DNA from: Pecten maximus
Lineage: Eukaryota
Assembly: GCF_902652985.1 (NCBI RefSeq)
Contig: NC_047021.1
Span: 24,304,001 to 24,368,000 of the forward strand
DNA length: 64,000 nucleotides
Direction: 5' to 3'
Below are positions 54,876-64,000 of this stretch, in pieces (the stretch's first letter is position 1; the number at the start of each line of letters is the position of its first letter). The translations under genes and the position numbers were made by a program. The notes below the pieces were generated by a model that was not told the DNA's origin, searched no databases, and saw only the letters and a list, made by a program, of their open reading frames with translations.

Positions 54876-55579
54876 TATTACGGTGATTTTCATTTCTGAT
54901 AAATGTTATAAATATACTAGTGATAACTTTTTCAAAACAAAACCAGCATAGAAAAGTCAAGATTAAATATATAACTGAAATTCAAACCACGATAAAATCC
55001 AAGTTAAGGAGCTATAAGATTAACATTTCGTCCATGATTGACATATTATTGTCGCATTTCGATTGCTTACAGAAGAATGGGGACAAAATTTAGTCTTATC
55101 TTACTTTTTATATCAAACTTGGTTGATCGTTATAACAAGCTTAGGCTTTGTATGGGGAAACATCATTTCAGTCTGTAAATGAAAAATAAATTTGCTTAAA
55201 AAGGCAAATGTTTACGTTGGATTATCATTCAGATACTATGAGCATTTTGAATATAAACACCCATCTCTCTTAACAAGGCTGATCAATCGGTTATGTTTAA
55301 TACACATTTGGTTCTATTTCTTGTATCTTGTTGTTTAGGCCGTGATTCTTATCGTCCTAACTATCATTATATGTTACACTCACCACATTTCTTATTTGAA
55401 TATATAGTGGATCCTGTCTAAACCGGATACCATCGCCACTACATAGTTAGGCCGATTTGTAGAGAACTTCAGATTATAGAGTGTTTTTTTTATCATTACA
55501 TGTATAATAAATAGTTTTGCAATATATGTACAAAATTGGTAAAATGTTGAACATAGTTATGTCATTCCTTCGCTATCAC

Positions 55580-58000
55580 ATCATTATATTGTCAACCTAG
55601 ACTTCTTCAATTAAGATATTGAATTGAAAACACCTTTGACTGTTTGTTACCTTTTATCAAATCATCCAGATGTTGTATATACCGATCATCATTCGAAAAC
55701 GTTGCGCTTACGTCCAGATCATTTCATTTTCATTTCCTGCTTCGATAATTGACTCCTTATCTGTTTCCGTACCAACATCAACTGGTCGGACATTGTTTAG
55801 TTTTTTTTCATAAAAAAAAATCAATTTCGATTGAGAGTTGATATATGTAGACCTAGTGGCGGAAACATTTGTTACCATCCTCTATCTATTTCATCATCAG
55901 GATATTGCGCCATCGTGGGAACCTCCCGAGGCAATCTCACTTGCATAAAGCAGTTTGCATTCTCGATAGCCTCAATCAATTTTTTAATAAACTGATCCTT
56001 TAGTTTTTGTTTCACTATAAGTTCCAGCTTTTGTCGACCTCATCTAGTATTTTTTTCGAATGACTTTACATTCCAAACCATTCCAAGTCATTGAATATTT
56101 TTTTTGTACAAATTGAAACCATTTTGAAGAAAATACATCCAGTTTTTGCATAACATATATATTGTTATATAATCTACTTAATAATTTATCATCTTCTGTG
56201 ATTGATTTGTGCCAAAATAAAATCATTCTACTTTCAATTATATTTCCTGATGGAAAGCGTCTTGATTCATTGTATAAAATAAGATTATAATTAAGTTTTA
56301 TAAACCCCAGATGTAATGTATCTAGACAAGTCATATGTTTTGAATCCTAAAATATCTTATGCGTTTAACAATATCGGCGATATTTATGTATCAAGTACTT
56401 TAATTTGGATATTTATTTTCCTATATACATTGCACTTCAAATCAAGATTTCTGACCTTGAACCTCTATTCATTTTCTTTTACCCTGACCAAAGTGTCCGT
56501 TAGAGTGGAACAATAATCAAAGGAATGGATAAGAATTTACAATGTCAAAAATTCTTGCCCGTACAGCATAAATTTATGACAGTTTTTTCTTATCGATAAA
56601 ATTAATTTCTTAAACTTGTTTATAGTAACTTCTAATTTCCATTCTTTACAGTACATGTATATCACTAGCTACATCTTATGCTTTCTGTAGGCCTTCGGGT
56701 AATTCTGGCAGCACAACAGTATCGTCGGTATATAACAAAATAAATAGCTTTGGGTACATTCTGTTGAAGTTTTGACTAAATTATCAATATTTTGTAGAAA
56801 TTTTATATTAAACCTCGATATAAGCAATGAACTCTTAATCATTCAAATATATTGAAAAGAAAACTGACAATAAGTGGCCCCTTGTTTTAAACCGATATTA
56901 CAGGAGAACAAATAGTTGGTTACAATTTTTATACAAGAGTTCATATTGATATTTTACCTCATACTACTTTTGAACATTTTGAAGTGGCACAGCCTTTCCT
57001 ATATCCGGCTTGATTTCCACGTATGAGATTTATTTAATCGGTCAGCTGATTCAATCGATTATTTGATATAGATGTGAATAATTTCTGAAACATGATACTA
57101 AAGTTAAGGATAGTTATCGAGGTCGTTGATGTCTCCCTTGGTTTTGTATATTGGTTTAATTAGCCCCATGGTCCATGTCATATAAGTCGTATACAGTATT
57201 GAATAATTTAACTTATACATTAACTATTGAATGTTTTTGATATTCATTCAGGATTTAATTGTTTCCACACGTTTTATTGTTACTGGGATTTTGAATAGCC
57301 TTTCTTATCTATATCTCAGATATTGTACTATTTAGAACACGATCACAATAATTCCGTTAGATGTAGAAAACTGAAAATCGTCCGCTTCACTGCTGTCAGT
57401 ATTAATATTTATTGTATATATCCTCTTTATATTTATTCACTTTAGTGTTTTACCCTCGTGCAATCTACATTATTCAAAATTTCATTTTTTGGGTCACTTT
57501 TGGACAGTTTTCATATTTTTCTCTCCATTTTGTCCTGAATGTGTTTTTCTTCGTATTACGATATAATTCGCCTTTTCTCTTCTGCCTTTTTCTATTCATT
57601 TTTTTTTTTTATTTCATAGTCATGTTTTGCAAATGAAACGTCTTTAGTTGCACACTCTTTTGAAAACCATCGTATATCTTTTGTTATATATAACAGATGG
57701 GATAACATGTTTTTAACACCAATACTCGTCAGTGATCTAATTCCCCACCTGATTTACCTGTTAACTTACATTATATTTTGCATTCAGCTTCTTGATAAGT
57801 ATTTCTTTTGTTAATTTGATGTCTCAACTTACCGATTTTGAGTAATATCATTCTTTTATTTTGATCAAGCAAGCTTGGATGTTTCCTGAGCAATATTTGA
57901 AATATTGTTTGCAGTAGATGCTAAAATATAGGTTGTTTTTGCATAACTCAATATGAAATATACTGAATAGTGAACAAAACTATATCAACAGCTGATTCAT
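55580..58000 (-). mobile_element. Decayed LINE RT remnant, copy 3
   Basis: Near-identical to copy 2 (YTDDTVVL at ~56708-56732, NQAGYRKG at ~56992-57015), with an internal deletion at ~56985. Confidence 0.75.
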
Positions 58001-58913
58001 GATTATATCATATATCTACATTCTCTTCTGCTATCCAAGTACACCAATGTCAATGATATAAAAATGGGCGAGTCTAGTGTGTCCGTCTGCAAATAGGCAA
58101 TACGTGTTTTCACAGTTCGGTCATAGCTTCTAAATATGCTTCTTGTTCAACCAACCTGTTGTAACATCTATATATAAACACGCGTGTCTATAATGTAAAA
58201 TAAGTCCTTACGTATGACAATGTAGATATTTTAATATACTTCATATATGTATCAATGTAAATTTGTACCGCGTGTCTTCTTAGATCGTGTTTAGCTCTGA
58301 TTGGCCAAGTTTGCTGTAATGCCGGTATATGCCATTTCTATCTTTTCCGGTTCCGAATTGTTCCTGGTATCTCTAATATTTCAAAGTTACCAAAATGATA
58401 AAAGCATGATGTTATGTATTTATATTTTGCATTATAGACCTTGTCTGCACTTCCTTAAGTTATCTAATTCATTTCTAGATACCGATTAATCCAAAATAGA
58501 TGAAACACCTATACCGATATAGCGCGATATCATCCATTGAACGTTGTATACTGTATATATTGTGTAATTATAATGAGTGTCGCTTGTACAGCCCTGATAC
58601 ACATTAGCCACATAGACAGGTCATTCAGACAATGGTAAGTCATTTACAATGTGATTATAATGTGTCATATAAAATAACATTCTAATACATGTCATGTCCA
58701 AATTGATTTATAATATAACCAGATACGATTTATATTAATAAACAAATCGTCCTTTTAAATGAAAAGAGAATAATAAATCAATCAAAAACTTTTATTACAA
58801 AATGTTTTCATAAGAAATATATATGTAATCTCAGAAGAATGAATATCATAGCGGAGATAATCAGTGGTGTAGAGCTTCACTGGAATACATCGATATAGTT
58901 CATCACAGTGGTT

Positions 58914-60326
58914 CTATACATCCACGCATCCTGCTGCTTCACGATCAAAGATCCGCTCCTTATTTCCCTGTGGACAAAGACCCTGGTAGATCACGCGCTC
59001 CCCTCGACAGACAACAAAATAAGGGGTCTGTTCCCTTCTGGGCCACACATTCAGTCCGTCCGGTCGTCCGGAACAGCTGGGATGACGGGCGCTACACGGC
59101 ACACAATTAGGACCTTGGCACTGGTTAGCCGTATAATCACCTGTATTAAACAGTAAGGATAGGGATTAGTTGGAAAGAACCTGGAATGTCTTTAATCTAC
59201 AAGTATAATTGTGTGATATTGCTAAAACTGTTTTCTCTTTATATACTATAATGCATCATTACGGAAACCATTGTAATAATACTCGTTACAATCAATGATT
59301 TAACTCCAGATGTTTTTGATATATACAAAAAGGATCTGTAATATTGATAATTAGCTACAAATACAGTTACAGAAATATGCATGTAATTGTAGACGATTCC
59401 TGTCGATATTTATCGGAATCAATATGTGACAAATCAGATTTTAAAATCCATTAATTTCATTTTTTTAGCATTGAACAGTTAACGCTGTTTCCTTCCATTG
59501 GTATTAACGAGCTAAATGATAGCTCTCAGTTTCCGACTTTGGGAAACATTTCTTTAGAATTAGACACTTTTATGACTTGTGTCCTGACCGGGGCTCGAAC
59601 TTACGGCACGTAATCGCCAAGCTACAGATACCCGAAGCTTTTATTTCTACCGCACATTCATATATATATATTTCTTGACTTGAGTTTTCTGTACTTACAT
59701 GGATCCTTGGGCTCGATCCTGTCTCCACATTTGACAGAGTCTGGGTAGGAACACAGCTTACTGTCCTCGTCGTACAGGAGTGGGTAGGGACACTCTTGTA
59801 CTTCCGGTATAACGGACGTTCCAAGATCCCTCGGGACGGGACAGTGTATGTATTTGGCACAAGACTCCTTCAGGGAAGCATAGCACTGTGGAACAGTGTC
59901 TTTGATAGAGCCTACGGAAATATAAAGTTAACGTTTGAAAACATTATTTTAAAAGATATAAAAGACTATTTTCCAACTCAAACTATTTGCGGTAAACAGG
60001 TTGACCGTGATCTAGGTAAAGATGCTTGTTATTTTGGTAAAGTGTAGCATTCTGCCAATATTAAGATAAATGTATTTGCAGCTAAAACAGTTACACTTAC
60101 ATTTGTCCAGTTTGGATCCTTTCGGCACACACGCTTTGCTGTTGGGGTCTGTCACCATGTTTCTGGGACACGAGTATTTAGTTCTCTGTCCATTGTAACA
60201 TAGATAGAACACGGAACAATCTGTCGGGTCTTCTTTCCACTCGACACCGGTGCTTCCGTCGCATTCCTTACTGCTTTCTAAAGCTGATACAACGGACAAC
60301 GCAGATAACAGCATAAACACGTTCAT
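58914..60326 (-). CDS. g7: secreted multi-domain ChtBD2 protein, 221 aa, intact; exons 60326-60101, 59911-59699, 59140-58914
   Basis: Signal MNVFMLLSALSVVSA. Exons 226+213+227=666 bp with GT-AG phase-1 introns. (TA)n TATA region at ~60415-60427 and AATAAA at 58791-58796 (-). Confidence 0.9.
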
Positions 60327-63300
60327 TCTGAATGATGGTCGAATATTTCTTATCCAACATCTATCTTATGATACCGAATTAGCTTGTGTCTGATTTGTCG
60401 ATCCATACATGCGCTATATATATATATTCTGAACATCCCACGAACGTGATGATGACGCCATTTTCAAATAAGTTGCTGATCCTCGTGTCGCCCACACTTT
60501 CCCACTTAACAAATATACATCGTACTTCTGCTGGTCATCACGATAACTCTGACGAAACATGAATGGATCGGTATTCCTGACTACCGAGGGAATGTAGGAA
60601 TTTTGGGTATGTTAGTTGGCCACGCGAGGCGTTATATTAAGCCGAATCTGTCTGCTATAGAAATTAAACAAGTCATCCTCCCTTTGAAACTGCAAACATG
60701 GGTGGTCATTTCTTCATAATCTGTTCGTCATAGCACCACTCTTACGTCATTGATAGGTGAAGTTCGGTCAGAGTGTTACTGTAGACTTTGGACTCATTAC
60801 ATATCTACACCGCACAGAGATGTGTCCGAATGTTCGGTTACCTAAGAAAACATGGTTGTGGTATGCTGATATACTCTTGAAAAAAAATCCTTCTTTCCCT
60901 ACAAGACCTGGAAGGCGAAACAGCTGCTTCAGTTTTAAATTCATTATTAGATATTACTTTATCTATTACTTAAATTTGAACATTAGACGCTATTTGCAGT
61001 TGTGTGCTTTGTACAGGGGGTTATTGCACCCTCCCATTGTGACATTATTTTCGAGCTAGTTTTAATTTCCTCCGTCGCCTCCTATACAGCAACACTTAAG
61101 GTGCTTAGTATACTGTTGTCCTTATAGTACGAAATAAATATAACAGAAATTAATTAATTAATTGTTTGATTTAATGCATCTACCTTTAATCTGTCTTTGC
61201 CTTGTCTTGCGTGAAATGAGTCATCAATATATGATACATGCACCGTTGCTATTTCTATATTATTAAAATTTTGATTTTTTTTCTTTTGATACCTTTTATA
61301 ATTTCACATTAAGTACTTAGTAAGTCTGTTTCTTTTTGTTATATTTCTTTTCATCACCAGAAAAGAAAATAGTATAAACTTGTATTACATTTTTTCCAGT
61401 GAAATAAAATTTAAAAAAAAATCGATAACAGTGACATTTTCACTTGTGAAAAATATCACTTTTTGTGTTTTAACCAATCAAAACATTGCGTACAAACGAC
61501 AATGGGAAAAATAAAAAGCGTATCCGGTATATTTTGCTCTTAAATGTAATAAACAGAATATCTAACATTATCTTCAGTAATACCAAATGTATTTCACTCA
61601 TGTGGCTGCGCAATCGTGAAAAATATCAAAAAGTTTCTCTCACTATTTAAATATATTTGGTATTACTTAAGACACTGTCCTCTATATCCTCTATGTAGTA
61701 TATATATGTAAATGTAAATGGTTGGATCGAGTTGAATATTCGACAATTTTTAACTGTTGCTATTACTTCAATACGCATATAGCAAAAATCCGTTTGTTCT
61801 GATCCAGTACTAATATTAGAACAATGAAATTGTACAATGTGAATACAGTATTGTTATGTGATATACTAATGGACCATACCGTTACTATTACCAATTATAT
61901 CCTGCTGGAATTATATACACGAACTCTTATTCAAGCCCTTGTTAAGGTTTAAGTTAATTGTCCCGGAAATCCCATAGATCAACCCAATTTCATACGAAAA
62001 GAAAATCAAGTTACAGAATCATTTGTTTTATTTTGGTATGAACTGTACTTCCACTTTTATCAAAAAAAATGTTTAGATTCATTAATAAGACAAATTATTT
62101 AACCAATAAAGGTGTAAAACCATGCATATACATATTAGCCTTAGTTTACTTCTGTTCTCGAATGTTTGTGTAAAGTTTTCTTTACCAATCGAGTTACAAA
62201 CCGAGCTCGAAATACATCATGACTACACGTAAATGTATTACTTTTAAAATTTACAATTAATTACTTTATTTACTACATCGTCAAGTGGATAGTTTAAAGT
62301 ACATTGAATTGAATAGAGATGAACAGGTAAACCAACAATTTCTTTTACACGGAGTTTGATATTACAGTCTCCCAAACGTATGTCGTTCAATATTCCAGAA
62401 GCTCAGACAAGTTGCTGCCCTTTTATAGTAAACAAGAATAAAACAAACGTGGTCTCTGATTAACTGTTGCAAAATTTATGAAAAACTATTTGATGTTGCA
62501 GACTGTTAAAACAGATTTTTAACAATATAATATAATTGATGCTAACATGAAAGGTGTAAGAAAATTTATGTTTATTGTTTATGCTATTCCTTTGCTTTTT
62601 TAATTATTCTAAATATATTTAAATGAATTAAGCATCATACAAGTGAATTACTACTGCTGTTTTCTTATTTCGGCGAATTTCATTTCTGATAAATGTTATA
62701 AATATACTAGTGATAACTTTTTAAAAACAAAACCAGCATAGAAAAGTCAAGATTAAATATATAACTGAAATTCAAACCACGATAAAATCCAAGTTAAGGA
62801 GCTATAAGATAAACATTTCGTCCATGATTGACATGTTATTGTCGCATTTCGATTGTTTTCAGAAGAATGGGGACAAAATTTAGTCTTATCTTACTTTTTA
62901 TATCAAACTTGGTTGATCGTTATAACAAGCTTAGGCTTTTTATGGGGAAATATCATTTCAGTTTGTAAATGAAAAATAAATTTGCTTAAAAAGGCAAATG
63001 TTTACGTTGGATTATCATTCAGATAATATGAACATTTTGAATATAAACCCCCATCTCTCTTAACAAGGCTTTTAAATCGGTTATTTTTAATACATATTTG
63101 GTTCTATTTCTTTTATCTTGTTTAGGCCGTGATTCTTATCGTCCTAACTATCATTATATGTTACACTCACCACATTTCTTATTTGAATATATAGCGGACC
63201 CTGTCTAAACCGGATACCATTGTCACTACATAGTTAGGCCGATTTGTAGAGAACTCCAGATTATAGAGAGACTGGTTTTTTTTATCATTACATGTATAAT

Positions 63301-63351
63301 GAATAGTTTTGCAATATATGTACAAAATTGGTAAAATGTTAAACACAGTTA

Positions 63352-64000
63352 CTGTAAATGTACTTATTTTAGCGCAGTCAAATTTTAGCGCAAACACAGA
63401 AAACTGTAAAATATGATTTATTAGCGCGGACGTGAATTAGCGCAGTCGTCCCGACTACGCTAAAAAAATCCAGAAAATATTTCAGTTCTAAAATTAGGCA
63501 CCGACAAAACATGCAAGCACTGACAGACGACCCGTGTTCTAAAATTAGACAACGATTAAACATGCGACCACTGACAGATGTATGAATAGATCTAGACGAC
63601 CCGTGTTCTACAGGTAAGTCACTAGTGAACTGTTTTCATTAAAATTACATGTGAGTTGTAGTTGTTATGTTATTTATTATCTTCCCAAAGCCGATTTCAG
63701 TATTCTGAATTGCACCATGTTGAAAAGATTCTTAGTGTCGGCTGTCAATTCCCCACCGCCATCGGCAACTTTACCAGACACCAGGGTTGTTAATTCTCTC
63801 CATAATAAATAATGAGATCGGGACGATGTTGGTAATAAAAGCTGAGTTTACAGAGAGCATTTTTTTGTGTGATTTGTAAACCGCTAAACAAACATTCTAT
63901 CCAGCTATTGGGCTGTCCTACTACTTCAATAGGGCATACCATGTTTTACCTGGGTTGGAAATATTCCCCCTGTTTCAGTTTTAAATTCAAAATGTTAGCG
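63352..64000. mobile_element. Left part of a TA-targeting MITE-like insertion, truncated by the window end
   Basis: Homology to the other units stops at AACACAGTTA|CTGTAAATGTACTTATTTTAGCGC, where they continue TGTCATTCC. Subterminal TTAGCGC repeats. Confidence 0.6.

Larger units (their letters stand above)
34850..63350. repeat. Tandem segmental duplication: four units of ~6.6-8.9 kb, each with a gene and upstream region; LINE remnant seen in the first three
   Basis: ATGs at 36169, 44756, 51388 and 60326. Long colinear near-identical flanks, e.g. 44760-47740 vs 51390-55560 vs 60330-63350. Confidence 0.95.

Overview
AT-rich, intron-containing eukaryotic DNA. It looks like a mollusc, probably a bivalve; this is inferred from the repeat types and protein style, not proven. 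The window holds a cluster of seven paralogous three-exon genes (g1-g7) for small secreted Cys-rich proteins. Each has a signal peptide, two peritrophin-A/ChtBD2 (CBM14) domains, a 4-Cys linker and a 4-Cys ChtBD2-like C-terminal domain. All 14 introns are GT-AG, phase 1, and split a Cys codon. g1 (-), g2 (+) and g3 (-) are older, divergent paralogs. g4-g7 (-) are young tandem copies in ~6.6-8.9 kb units, separated by copies of the same decayed LINE. g1, g2, g3, g6 and g7 have intact reading frames, while g4 and g5 each carry a single +1 C insertion. The rest is repeat-rich: a ~5 kb 41-bp satellite, several minisatellites, a tRNA-derived SINE, a probable solo LTR, several MITEs with TIRs and TSDs, and a Helentron-type element with a nested insertion. 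Most short ORFs in the supplied track are spurious or are exon fragments. No prokaryotic features such as CRISPR arrays or operons are supported.
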